A stretch of 64,000 bases of DNA, from positions 67,249-131,248 of the forward strand of contig JAAAOM010000012.1 of assembly GCA_009908855.1 (NCBI GenBank), written 5' to 3'. The notes under the pieces are model-generated. The model was not told the DNA's origin, did not search any database, and saw only the letters and a list, made by a program, of their open reading frames with translations. Source of the stretch: Bacteroidota bacterium. GTDB taxonomy: Bacteria; Bacteroidota; Bacteroidia; Bacteroidales; JAAAOM01. Below, piece after piece: positions 19,749-29,403 of the stretch; positions within the stretch are counted from its first letter, which is position 1, and each line of letters opens with the position of its first letter. The position numbers and the translations under genes were made by a program.

Positions 19749-22700
19749 TTATTTAATTGATGATTTATCATTTAGCGGAATTGTAAAATAAAAAGTGGAC
19801 CCTACACCCAATTTGGAATCAACCCATATTTGTCCTCCCAACAAATTTACATAAGACCTGCAAATAGCGAGACCCAATCCGTTCCCGCCATAGGTACGGG
19901 TTAAGGTATCTTCAACCTGTCGGAATCTTTCAAAGATCATTTCTTTGTTGTTTTCGGGAATACCAATGCCCGTATCGCGAATAAATGTTAAAATTGAATT
20001 CTTCTGTATTTGAAAGCCCATTTCTACCTCACCATCAAGTGTAAATTTCAGCGCGTTGTCTAATAAATTATTAATAACCTGATTTAGTTTATGCCGGTCA
20101 GAAATAATGATGGTTTTACTTTTGGTATCGGGCAGTGCAAGGGTTATATTGACATTTTTATTCTCCAGCAACTTGAGTTTATTAATATGAAAATCACATA
20201 TTTCCTTAAATAAAGCATGTATATCAATTTTATCATTGCTAATACTAACCTGTCCGGTCTCGATAGAGGATATATCGAGAATATCACTAATAATACGCAT
20301 CAAATCGTCGCTGCGAGATTTTATGATTTGTATAAACCGGTGCCTGCGTTCAATATCCAGGTTGTTGTTTTCTAATAAACTGGCAAAGCCGATAATGGCG
20401 TTCATGGGTGTACGTACCTCATGGCTCATATTGGCTAAAAAGGCTGATTTTAAGCGGTCAGATTCTTCTGCCTTATCTTTGGCCAACATCAACTGATGTT
20501 CAAATTTTTTCTGTTCGGTTACATCACGTGCGAGGCTTAAAACACTGGTTACATTACCATTATCATCAAATTCAGGAAGAAACCGCCAATTGAAATATAT
20601 TTTATGATGCCGAATATTAATTTCAAATTCCTTTTCGGTCGAGTTTTTCAATTTAAAAACTTCGTCAATCTCATACATTATTTCATTAGGTATCATTGGG
20701 TCATTGATGATGTCATTAAGTTTTTTGCCAATTACATCCTCTTTTTTGAATGTAGCATACATCTCAATGCTTTGATTTATAAAAAGTATTTTCAATTTTT
20801 TATCAAAGCGCATGGTAATGTCGGGCGAGTTTTCGGTAAGCGCTTTGAAGGACTCTTCCCGCTCTTTCAGGGCCTCTTCAGCTTTTACCCGTTCGGTTAT
20901 GTCATTGAATAGAACGGCAAAATAATCTTTTTCAGGTGAATAGGCCACTCCTTCATAGAATTTATTATTATCGCCTAAATAATTGTTAAACCTGTATGCC
21001 TTGCCTTCTCTGGCTACATGCTGAAATTGCCTGATCCAGTTTGAGTCGGCATCTGGTATTACTTCTGAAACAGTTTTGTTAATTACATCTTCTTTTTTAA
21101 AGCCGGTTAGTTTTTCAAAGGCCGGATTTACTTCCAAAAATATGTAATCGATAGGATTTTCCTCGGCATCGTAAAACATTTTATGAAGCGCAAAACCCGA
21201 GGCCATTGTATTGAACAATTGCTTATAGTGATTTTCAATGGCGTTAAATTGCTGATATACTTTATCCTTATTCATTTTGGTTTGCAGCAGTTCTTCATTC
21301 AGTGTTTTTAATTCGTCAACCTGATGGGCAATTTCTTCATTTTTGGCTTTCAGAATTTCTTCATTGTGCTTGCGTTTAGATATATCTCTGTACAGGCCGA
21401 TTATATAACGATGATGATCATCATCTTTAAAAACGTTTGAACTAATCTCCACAGGTACCCAATGGCCTTCATTATGGTATACTGATATTTCCTTGAGTCG
21501 TGGTTTACCGGATTTAACATCCTCGATGAAATTTTGTTCCGCTATGGTTTTCAGCTCATTCGGAAATAAATCCATCTGCGAAGAACCTACCAGCTCAATG
21601 GCAGGCTTACCCAACAAAGAGGAGGCAAATGTATTGGTATCAACGATAACAGCCGACTCCGCATCGGTAATTATAATGGCATCGTTTGCTGCATCAATCA
21701 CATTTCTTAATTTTTGCTGATGCATGCGCAGTGCGTATTCTATTTCTTTTTGACCGGATATATCGAGCATGGAAATGGTAACTCCCTCCACGGTTTGCTC
21801 AGGATTCAGCCAGGTTGCCGATAACATGATGTTTTTATAGATACCAGACCGGCATTTTATGATGGTTTCTTTGTTAACGCTACCTATTACACCCAGATTT
21901 TTGTATATATCGGTAAAAAGTTTTTCGTATTCCGGTGTATCATCAAACAAAATAGCAAGGTCTTTATCCTGCAACTGGTCCGATGTATATTCCGTAAGTT
22001 CACAAAACTGGTTATTTACCTGGACAACCTTGTTATTCTTAAGATAGCAGATACCCGTAGGCACGGCTTTAAATATACTACTGATTAATTTTTCGTGTTG
22101 TTGGTTTTCCTGTTCAATTTGCCTTTTTTCAGTGATGTCAGATCCGATGGCTATAATTTCCTCGAATTTACCTTTTCGGTTATACATTTTACGTAATGTC
22201 CACGAAACCCATACTTTCTCACCCATACTGGATTGTAGTTCTGTTTCGATAAATGATGAATTCTCGGCGCTTGTATTTATTTTTTTTGTTACTTCCTGCA
22301 GTTCCTGGTCGGCGGAGAGGATTTGGGTAAAATTTCCGCCAATAATTTCATCAAATCGATAGCCCAGTAGTTTTTCAACTTCTTTATTGACAAATATAAT
22401 TTCACCATCGGATTTTAACCTGAGAATAATGCTGCTGCCGCTGTGTACGATGTCTTTATATTTCTTTTTACTTTTCTTTAATGTACGAGTCAGCAACGTT
22501 TCTGAAGTAATATCGGTTAATGTATTAATTATATATTTCTCTTCATTAATAATTCTGATTTCACAACTTGTTTTGAAAAAAAAACCACCGATTTTTAAAG
22601 ATTGTTGATTGTTCAGAAGTGGTAATTCGGTATTATGACCCAAAGGGCAATTTTTACAGGATGTAGGTGAATTAAAAAATGTTTCATGGCATTTTTTCCC

Positions 22701-22838
22701 GACAACAAAATCCAGTTTTGACCTGGCCAGGTTGTTTGCAAAAACAATCTGATTTTGACTGTTTGTAGCAACTACCCCTACATTTAGGTAATTATAGGCC
22801 TGAAAGTAATCATATAATTTTTCGGAAATCTCATTCAT
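19749..22838 (-). CDS. multi-PAS sensor histidine kinase (HisKA + HATPase_c) with a Cys/His-rich N-terminal module
   Basis: It has several PAS-like repeats, the H-box ANMSHEVRTPMNAIIGFASLL, and N/G boxes NNLLDNALKF and DTGIGI...GLGLAICRSY. ATG at 22838 is preferred; the track uses the GTG at 22850. Confidence 0.85.
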   Translation of the reverse strand: MNEISEKLYDYFQAYNYLNVGVVATNSQNQIVFANNLARSKLDFVVGKKCHETFFNSPTSCKNCPLGHNTELPLLNNQQSLKIGGFFFKTSCEIRIINEEKYIINTLTDITSETLLTRTLKKSKKKYKDIVHSGSSIILRLKSDGEIIFVNKEVEKLLGYRFDEIIGGNFTQILSADQELQEVTKKINTSAENSSFIETELQSSMGEKVWVSWTLRKMYNRKGKFEEIIAIGSDITEKRQIEQENQQHEKLISSIFKAVPTGICYLKNNKVVQVNNQFCELTEYTSDQLQDKDLAILFDDTPEYEKLFTDIYKNLGVIGSVNKETIIKCRSGIYKNIMLSATWLNPEQTVEGVTISMLDISGQKEIEYALRMHQQKLRNVIDAANDAIIITDAESAVIVDTNTFASSLLGKPAIELVGSSQMDLFPNELKTIAEQNFIEDVKSGKPRLKEISVYHNEGHWVPVEISSNVFKDDDHHRYIIGLYRDISKRKHNEEILKAKNEEIAHQVDELKTLNEELLQTKMNKDKVYQQFNAIENHYKQLFNTMASGFALHKMFYDAEENPIDYIFLEVNPAFEKLTGFKKEDVINKTVSEVIPDADSNWIRQFQHVAREGKAYRFNNYLGDNNKFYEGVAYSPEKDYFAVLFNDITERVKAEEALKEREESFKALTENSPDITMRFDKKLKILFINQSIEMYATFKKEDVIGKKLNDIINDPMIPNEIMYEIDEVFKLKNSTEKEFEINIRHHKIYFNWRFLPEFDDNGNVTSVLSLARDVTEQKKFEHQLMLAKDKAEESDRLKSAFLANMSHEVRTPMNAIIGFASLLENNNLDIERRHRFIQIIKSRSDDLMRIISDILDISSIETGQVSISNDKIDIHALFKEICDFHINKLKLLENKNVNITLALPDTKSKTIIISDRHKLNQVINNLLDNALKFTLDGEVEMGFQIQKNSILTFIRDTGIGIPENNKEMIFERFRQVEDTLTRTYGGNGLGLAICRSYVNLLGGQIWVDSKLGVGSTFYFTIPLNDKSSIK

Positions 22839-23072
22839 GTGCTTAACCACTCATTTACAATGATAATTTACTAAAAACTACCATCAAGTACAAAATAAAC
22901 TTCAGGGAAATATAATGATTGGACAATACGGTTGCTTACAATCAATCATTTAAGAAATAGTTCTTTTTTAATGTTAGAAACAATTTAGCCTTACATTTAT
23001 TACTTTTATAGTTTGTAGATTTATCATAACTATTTTAAAAGCCTTATTAATAGCTTTATTAGCATTTGAACT

Positions 23073-24185
23073 ATGACCAATTACAAAAAAGATAAACGCA
23101 TTGTACTCACATTGGCTGCCGGTGGCACAAATTTTGTTTTTTCGGCACTTAGGGGATATTCCGAAATTATTGAACCTGAATCTTATCCGGCTTATGCCCA
23201 TGACCTGGATAAAAGTCTTAAAACCATCATTTCAGCCTTTAAAAAAATCATTGATCAGCTATCGGAAAAACCCACAGCCATTAGTTTTGCTTTTCCCGGC
23301 CCGGCTGATTATCCCAATGGTATTATACAAAATGTTGGTAACCTGCCCGCTTATGCCAATGGTGTGGCCCTGGGCCCTATGTTGGAGGAAATTTTTAAAA
23401 TGCCCGTTTTTATTAATAACGACGGCGATTTATTTACGTTCGGTGAAGCCGCTGCAGGCTTATTACCATTTATTAATAACCAGTTTTATCAGAAAGGAAG
23501 CATCAAACGATTTCATAACCTGTTCGGTATTACATTGGGTACCGGCTTTGGTGGCGGAATTGTGCGAAATAATGAAATTTATATCGGCGATAATTCAAAT
23601 GCCGGAGAAATCTGGATCATGCGTGATAAATTAACTCCCGGTTCGTTTGTTGAAGAAAGCGTTAGTATGCGTGCCATTATTCGGAATTATAAAAAATATG
23701 CACTACAGGTTACAAGTCAGTCATACGCTTCAGAAGATATTTATAAAATAGCCATAGGTGAAAAAGAAGGAGACCAAAATGCGGCTCTGAAAAGTTTTGA
23801 ATTGCTGGGTGAATCAATTGGTGAGGCACTGGCTAATGCTATTGCACTACTAGACGGATTAGTTGTAATTGGCGGTGGTATATCTGAATCGTATTCGCTG
23901 TTTGCCCCAACGCTTTTTCAAACATTGAACGGGATTATTCAAAAGGCTGACGGATCATCCATCAGTCGTTTGCCTATAAACTTTTACGACCTGGAATCGG
24001 ATGAGGAATTAAATAATTTCTTTGAAGGGCATGAGGATACGCTACCCATTCCGTTCAGTAATAAATCGATTACCTACGATTCGGCCAAAAGATCAGGTAT
24101 TGGATTATCCAAACTCGGCACCAGTAAAGCGATAGCCATTGGCGCCTATGAATTTGCCCTTCGTAAGATTGATATGTATTTATAA
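23073..24185 (+). CDS. ROK-family sugar kinase (glucokinase-like)
   Basis: LAAGGTNFVFS, FINNDGDLFTFGE and GITLGTGFGGGIV are present. Length is 370 aa. Confidence 0.7.
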   Translation: MTNYKKDKRIVLTLAAGGTNFVFSALRGYSEIIEPESYPAYAHDLDKSLKTIISAFKKIIDQLSEKPTAISFAFPGPADYPNGIIQNVGNLPAYANGVALGPMLEEIFKMPVFINNDGDLFTFGEAAAGLLPFINNQFYQKGSIKRFHNLFGITLGTGFGGGIVRNNEIYIGDNSNAGEIWIMRDKLTPGSFVEESVSMRAIIRNYKKYALQVTSQSYASEDIYKIAIGEKEGDQNAALKSFELLGESIGEALANAIALLDGLVVIGGGISESYSLFAPTLFQTLNGIIQKADGSSISRLPINFYDLESDEELNNFFEGHEDTLPIPFSNKSITYDSAKRSGIGLSKLGTSKAIAIGAYEFALRKIDMYL

Positions 24186-24193
24186 CCCCGCAA

Positions 24194-24712
24194 TTATAAC
24201 TCACTCAGCAGATATTTCTCAATGTGGTCTTTAAACATTTGTTTGGTTTCTTCTGGTGACTGCGCGATACCCGATGTCATAGTGGGCTGACCTTCCATCG
24301 GGATGTATAAAAATGAGGGCAGGCCACGTACGCCAAATACGGATGCCAACTCCTGCTGTTCATCGGTATCAATTTTATAAATGAGGATTTTACCTGCATA
24401 TTCTTTGGCCAATTCATCTAAAATGGGAGAAGTAATTCGGCATGGCGCGCACCAGTCAGCATAAAAATCAATCAATGCCGGTTTATTGCCTTCATAAACC
24501 CACTTATCCGTATTTTTTTCGTAATTCATCACGCGATCCAGGAACATTTGCTTGTCCAGGTAAACAGGCTCACCTTCTTTAACCGATTTTTTATCTGACT
24601 CCTGCTCCGTGGTAACCGATGCTTCCTGTTGGTTTGTCTTGTTTGCTTTGGAGCCACAGCTCAATGTGATGAATACAAGTGCCAAGGCAAATACAAATAT
24701 TTTGTTTTTCAT
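24194..24712 (-). CDS. thioredoxin-family lipoprotein
   Basis: The signal/lipobox is FVFALALVFITLSCGS. The thioredoxin motif is FYADWCAPCR. Confidence 0.85.
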   Translation of the reverse strand: MKNKIFVFALALVFITLSCGSKANKTNQQEASVTTEQESDKKSVKEGEPVYLDKQMFLDRVMNYEKNTDKWVYEGNKPALIDFYADWCAPCRITSPILDELAKEYAGKILIYKIDTDEQQELASVFGVRGLPSFLYIPMEGQPTMTSGIAQSPEETKQMFKDHIEKYLLSEL

Positions 24713-24898
24713 AATTATTTATTGTTTTTCTTAATGGTCGTTATTATTATTTATACCTTACATTTATATGTAAATGTTTATATAATTAGATATGTAAAAA
24801 TAGTTATTTTTTTGAAAGTATTCTTATTTAATCACGCTAAAAAGTGTTAATAATCATCCGTATTTTTGAATTATGCCTATACAGTCTCGTGTAAAAAC

Positions 24899-24938
24899 AT
24901 AAAAAAAGGTGGCTAAAAAAGTCGGCCACCTCTTTTTG
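24899..24938 (-). terminator. intrinsic (potentially bidirectional) terminator downstream of the 24950-25306 gene
   Basis: Stem AGGTGGC (24907-24913) pairs with GCCACCT (24925-24931). It is flanked by an A7 run on the plus strand (a T-run on the minus strand) and by CTTTTTG on the other side. Confidence 0.5.
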
Positions 24939-24949
24939 AGCCAAAAACC

Positions 24950-25306
24950 CTAATAGCGTATTACCGGTCGTAACGTATTGCTATTATAGGTTTCCACTCT
25001 ATTCACCATTTCATGGTATGCTTTGCCACTGAAATCACGCCAGGTTAATACCTCGGCGGAATGATTGGTCATATAATCCAGGTAAGACTGAATCATAGCG
25101 GTATTAACCGCAATTATGACTTGTTCTTGTTTGTTGGTTTCTGCTTTCTCCATTTCAACTGACTCATAACTGTCAGCATTTTTAGTTGTTCCTTCTGCCT
25201 TTAAAGATACAGACAGAAATAACAAAGCCAGGCATAGTACTAATTGATAAAAGAACATGCTTTTGGCTTTTGACAATACATGTTGATTTGAAATTGAATT
25301 TGACAT
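24950..25306 (-). CDS. hypothetical secreted protein
   Basis: 118-aa ORF with an ATG start and a hydrophobic signal-like segment LVLCLALLFLSVSLKA. A terminator hairpin lies just downstream. Confidence 0.5.
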   Translation of the reverse strand: MSNSISNQHVLSKAKSMFFYQLVLCLALLFLSVSLKAEGTTKNADSYESVEMEKAETNKQEQVIIAVNTAMIQSYLDYMTNHSAEVLTWRDFSGKAYHEMVNRVETYNSNTLRPVIRY

Positions 25307-25718
25307 AGCAGGAATTATTTGTGTGTGTATTTACATAAACGTAAAATATGGGGTGACAGGTTACGTTTAATTGATGATAAATCTCAGTTTTTTGGTGACG
25401 AATGTATCATCATCCATATAACTTACCTTAGAACCTGGTGATTGCTTTGTGTTTCGAAGACATCAGTTTGGTTACCGGCTTGCCCTTATCTAATTTGGGA
25501 ATTACTAAAGAAATTAACTTAAATGCGTTTACGAAAATTCATCCGTTTATAATTTATTTTCATTTTTCGGATAGAGTTCGCCATGATGAATCATTCATGT
25601 GTGTGTCAATTATATTAGTATGGCTCGGATTATTATTATTCTTTGACAAAACAAGGAAATGTCATAACAGATCGAAAAAAGATGCTTAATAAAAAACACA
25701 CCGCATTAAAGCGTTTGT

Positions 25719-27236
25719 TTAGCTTTCTTTATCCCATGAAGATTCACGTTTCTCGGCTTTTTTAATCCATTGGGGCACAACTTTTTCAAGAAATTCCTGC
25801 TTTTCCTCATTTAATTTCTCCATTTCCAGTCCAACAAATTCCTGCGCTTTTTCTTTGGTTGAAATATCAGGATACGGAACGGGTTCATTATGTCCGAGAT
25901 CAGCCAATACCCTTGCCAGCTTAATTCTTGCCTCCTGAATTTTAGTCATTCCGGTAGAAATTATTCTGCTTACCTCAACCGGTGCATGAAATGACCCGCC
26001 ATGACTGGCAGCGGCATAATCCCATCGCCATTGGGCATGACGAATATGTTGCAGTATCTCATTCATTTGGTTTTCTGTGGCGCCTAAATCCCATGCTTTT
26101 TTGGCTTCTACATGGGCATGGACAATTTGCTTTTCAAGTTCATCACGGTTTTGTATGATCTTATCCTGCCGCTCATAAACATCTGAAATTAGTTCATTGG
26201 CATCCTGACGATGGCATACCTGACATGAATTGGCCACATTGTTCAAGGGACTTTGGATATGATGATCGGTAAATTTCTGGCCACCTTCACTTTTGTAGGG
26301 CATGTGGCAATCGGCACAGGATACACCTCGCTTGGCATGCACGCTGGTTTGATACAATTCATATCCCGGGTGCTGCGCTTTAAGCATAGGTGCTTTACTT
26401 AAAGGATGTGTCCAGTCTTTGAAACCCATATTGTCATAATATTCTTCTGCAGCATCGACGGTCATGCCGTTATCCCACGGGAATTTTAAGTAAGGGACGC
26501 CTTTAACCATGTCTTTGTTGAAGTAATATTCAACGTGGCACTGTGCACATACCAACGACCGCATCTGTTGATGGGAAACCTGGTTAATGTCTTTATCCAT
26601 ATTGTCAAATGCTTCCAGTAAAGCAGGCCGTGTTATCTTAAGCTGCATGGTTTTCGGATCATGACAATCGGCACATCCGATGGCATTCACAATTTCGTCT
26701 CCATGTTCTTCCCAGCTTCCCTTGTAAAATTCTTCGGGAGAACCTAATTCATCGATTAAACGTGGAACATCCGGACTTTTACAGGTCCAGCAGGTATTGG
26801 GCATGGGACTTTCTTTATCACCTATAGGCGCCCCGGTGCGAAGCGTGTTACGTAAATCTTCAACGGCGTAATAGTGGCCGCGTGATTGGTTGTAATCTTT
26901 GGAAAAACCATATCCGGCCCACAGCACAACCAGTCGTGGGTCTTCTTCAAGCATATCAATCATGGATGAGCCATTATATTTACTTCTGAAAGAAGTATCC
27001 TTTGTTTCGATCAGGGATTGATACTGCCGCGGAAAATATTTACCCCATTCTTCATTTCGCGGTTCAATTCTGTCTTCAAATTCCAGCTCCGGTGAATAGG
27101 CAAAAACAGCTTCAGTACGACGTTCAACGATTGAACTGGCCAGTAAGCCGATTAAAAAAACGATGATCATGGTACCAATAAAAAGCAACCATCCGATAAT
27201 GGGTTTTTCTTTAATAATTTCTCGTACTGATTTCAT
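25719..27236 (-). CDS. nrfA: ammonia-forming cytochrome c nitrite reductase, pentaheme catalytic subunit
   Basis: Five heme motifs are present: CWTCK (the CXXCK active-site type), CADCH, CAQCH, CADCH and CQVCH. There is an N-terminal membrane anchor/signal. The gene directly follows nrfH. Confidence 0.9.
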   Translation of the reverse strand: MKSVREIIKEKPIIGWLLFIGTMIIVFLIGLLASSIVERRTEAVFAYSPELEFEDRIEPRNEEWGKYFPRQYQSLIETKDTSFRSKYNGSSMIDMLEEDPRLVVLWAGYGFSKDYNQSRGHYYAVEDLRNTLRTGAPIGDKESPMPNTCWTCKSPDVPRLIDELGSPEEFYKGSWEEHGDEIVNAIGCADCHDPKTMQLKITRPALLEAFDNMDKDINQVSHQQMRSLVCAQCHVEYYFNKDMVKGVPYLKFPWDNGMTVDAAEEYYDNMGFKDWTHPLSKAPMLKAQHPGYELYQTSVHAKRGVSCADCHMPYKSEGGQKFTDHHIQSPLNNVANSCQVCHRQDANELISDVYERQDKIIQNRDELEKQIVHAHVEAKKAWDLGATENQMNEILQHIRHAQWRWDYAAASHGGSFHAPVEVSRIISTGMTKIQEARIKLARVLADLGHNEPVPYPDISTKEKAQEFVGLEMEKLNEEKQEFLEKVVPQWIKKAEKRESSWDKES

Positions 27237-27238
27237 GG

Positions 27239-27832
27239 TTATTCTGATTTAAGATTTTTCATTTGCTCCTTAAGCCACTCCGGAACCGGTGATTCAGGTA
27301 AAGGCACGCGTGCATGCGGAACGCTCGATAAGCTATTGACACGCCCGTGAGGGACTTCACGATGGCAATCCCAACATTTTTTTTCGGTGCGCTGATGGTT
27401 AAAATGGGTATTATAGGTTGCCAGTTGATCGTCAACCAGCAGATTTTGATGGCATCGTACACAATTCTGTTGCACCACTTCCCTGCCTTCATCCCTTATG
27501 AATATAACCTGCGGCTCACGTCTCAATGTAAAAATGGTTGCATGCCGCATGCCGTCCTTAGCTTTGAAATAGTATTTGTTAATGATATTATCATGTGGCA
27601 CATGACAATCGTTACATGTGGCTACTTCTCGATGTGAACTATGACTCCACGTTGCATATTGCGGGGCCATGATATGACAATTCACACATGTCTCAGGCTC
27701 ATCAGACAAATATGAATGTGCTTTGGAAATATACACCAAATAAAAAACCATCCCCACGGCTATTGCTACCAGAAAGAAAACCGGTACAAACCATTTATCA
27801 GGAGGTATTAATTTTTTAAGCCGTTTAATCAT
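27239..27832 (-). CDS. nrfH: cytochrome c nitrite reductase small subunit, tetraheme NapC/NirT family
   Basis: An N-terminal TM helix is followed by four CXXCH motifs (CVNCH, CNDCH, CVRCH, CWDCH). Length is 197 aa. Confidence 0.9.
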   Translation of the reverse strand: MIKRLKKLIPPDKWFVPVFFLVAIAVGMVFYLVYISKAHSYLSDEPETCVNCHIMAPQYATWSHSSHREVATCNDCHVPHDNIINKYYFKAKDGMRHATIFTLRREPQVIFIRDEGREVVQQNCVRCHQNLLVDDQLATYNTHFNHQRTEKKCWDCHREVPHGRVNSLSSVPHARVPLPESPVPEWLKEQMKNLKSE

Positions 27833-27885
27833 AGATCGGATTTCATATTACTGTACTAATTTCATGCAAACGATCCAAAACTTTT

Positions 27886-28212
27886 TTATAACTCCTTGTT
27901 TAACAGCATGATCAACATCATTTTAAATTTCTCTTTTGCCAACAGGGCATGTGGTATGTTGGCAGGCATCAATATGGATTCTCCTTCAACCAATTCATGT
28001 GTTTTTTGGTCAATTTTAATTGCTGCTTTACCCTCCAGAATCATAACAAGTGCATCAAAGGGAGCTGTGTGTTCACTTAGTTCCTCATCCTTATCAAAGG
28101 CAAAAAGGGTAATATTCCCTGCCTTGTTTTTTTGAATTACCTGGCTTACAATGCTATTGGGTGAATATTCAACTGAATTTTTCAAATTTTTCTTTTGAAC
28201 TGGTTCCATCAT
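27886..28212 (-). CDS. cupin domain protein
   Basis: 108 aa. The core is LSEHTAPFDALVMILEGKAAIKID...ILMPANIPHAL. Confidence 0.7.
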   Translation of the reverse strand: MMEPVQKKNLKNSVEYSPNSIVSQVIQKNKAGNITLFAFDKDEELSEHTAPFDALVMILEGKAAIKIDQKTHELVEGESILMPANIPHALLAKEKFKMMLIMLLNKEL

Positions 28213-28222
28213 AATATGCTGT

Positions 28223-29107
28223 TTAAATCCATTCTTCTTTTAAAATTTCTCCTTCTAAGCCCACAACGGTAAGTTTAACCGGCACTTTCCGTTGTGCCTG
28301 TTCAGCAGCGGACTTTACCAGTTGAAGCAATCCGCCGCAACAAGGCACCTGCATAATCATTACCTGTAAGGTATTTATCATCGCCTGATCGATCAATGCC
28401 ATAATTTTTTGCGCATACACTTCCTGGTTGCTGTCCAGTTTCGGGCAGGCAATAGCCAGGCTTTTGCCCGCGAGGTATTGGCTATGAAAATTACCCAGGG
28501 CATACGCCACACAGTCAGCAGCAATAAGTAAATCGCTTTGCCTGAAATAGGATGCATTCGGGCTTATTAAATGCAGCTGAACGGGCCACTGAGCCAACGC
28601 CGATGCCGGTACATTTTGCCGGGAATCCATAACAATACTTTCTGCTTTAGGTGTCAGGCTCCGGGCCTGAGAACCCGGACAACCGCCACCACCATGAGCA
28701 TGCCCATGTCCATTATTGTCCTTTGCATGCAGGGCATTTCGAATATCTTCCAGGGTAAAATCAAGTTCATTTTCGTGGTCAATAATGTAAGCGATACCTT
28801 CCTTCAGATAATCCCTTTCGTTGTGATCTTTTAAGTGTTTCAGATGCGCCACCACGGTATTTTTACCTTTCTGTGCCATCAATGCCATCACCTTGGTTTC
28901 GTTATAGGGCTCGGCCTCTCTTTTTTCAATGGTTATTGCTTCCTGCGGACAATGGCCGATGCATGCACCCAACCCATCGCATAATAAATCACTTATCAGT
29001 CGTGCTTTGCCGTCAATAATTTGCAATGCACCTTCATGGCAGCCTGGTACACATAAACCACAGCCATCACATTTATCTTCGTCTATTTTAACAACTTCAC
29101 GAATCAT
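28223..29107 (-). CDS. 4Fe-4S dicluster domain protein with a His/Gly-rich linker and a C-terminal CCGG motif
   Basis: The N-terminus has CDGCGLCVPGC and CDGLGACIGHCP, which are ferredoxin-type cluster motifs. The middle has NNGHGHAHGGGGCPGS and the C-terminal part has MQVPCCGGLL. Confidence 0.7.
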   Translation of the reverse strand: MIREVVKIDEDKCDGCGLCVPGCHEGALQIIDGKARLISDLLCDGLGACIGHCPQEAITIEKREAEPYNETKVMALMAQKGKNTVVAHLKHLKDHNERDYLKEGIAYIIDHENELDFTLEDIRNALHAKDNNGHGHAHGGGGCPGSQARSLTPKAESIVMDSRQNVPASALAQWPVQLHLISPNASYFRQSDLLIAADCVAYALGNFHSQYLAGKSLAIACPKLDSNQEVYAQKIMALIDQAMINTLQVMIMQVPCCGGLLQLVKSAAEQAQRKVPVKLTVVGLEGEILKEEWI

Positions 29108-29158
29108 AGTATTTTGTATTTAATGACTGCTAATATAAGTGAGTGGGTAAGAAAAGAA

Positions 29159-29174
29159 TGTAACAAATGTTACA
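29159..29174. promoter_or_regulatory. perfect palindrome TGTAAC-AAAT-GTTACA, a candidate Crp/Fnr (HcpR-like) operator of the 4Fe-4S/cupin/nrfHA operon
   Basis: The 6-4-6 perfect inverted repeat lies 52-67 nt upstream of the ATG at 29107. On the minus strand, a TATATTAG box (one mismatch to TAnnTTTG) lies at 29137-29130, placing the palindrome centre roughly 40 nt upstream of a likely start site. Confidence 0.5.
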
Positions 29175-29194
29175 AAATGCAAATTATTATAAAT

Positions 29195-29280
29195 TCAAAA
29201 AGCCCCGCAGGTGGCGGGGCTTTCATTTAGATAAAACCTTAATATTACGAAATTTTGCTGTATAAAAAAGCTGTGTTATA
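29195..29280 (-). ncRNA. candidate small RNA, unit 1 of a tandem triplet
   Basis: It lies downstream of TGCAAC-N18-GTCT (29313-29286). It contains ACAGC...ACAGC and the core TTTCGTAATATTAAGGTTTTATCTAA. It ends in the hairpin AGCCCCGC/GCGGGGCT (29201-29221) followed by TTTTTG on the minus strand. Confidence 0.5.
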
Positions 29281-29285
29281 GTCAC

Positions 29286-29313
29286 AGACTAATTGGGGGT
29301 AAAAATAGTTGCA
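29286..29313 (-). promoter_or_regulatory. ECF-type promoter candidate (TGCAAC-N18-GTCT) for unit 1
   Basis: The minus strand reads TGCAACTATTTTTACCCCCAATTAGTCT. The spacing is identical to the motif upstream of the ECF sigma gene. Confidence 0.55.
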
Positions 29314-29403
29314 TCCATTATCAGTGCCAAATAATACGATGGTTAGTTACTCACATTTACCGGAAGTTTATTAACAATTTATGTCATTAGAATCTGTTAG
29401 GCA

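Noticed and set aside
25438-25689. 83-aa plus-strand ORF between nrfA and the 118-aa gene
   Set aside because: It has a GTG/alternative-type start, no recognisable motif, hydrophobic junk-like composition, and is oriented against both neighbours. It is probably non-coding spacer.
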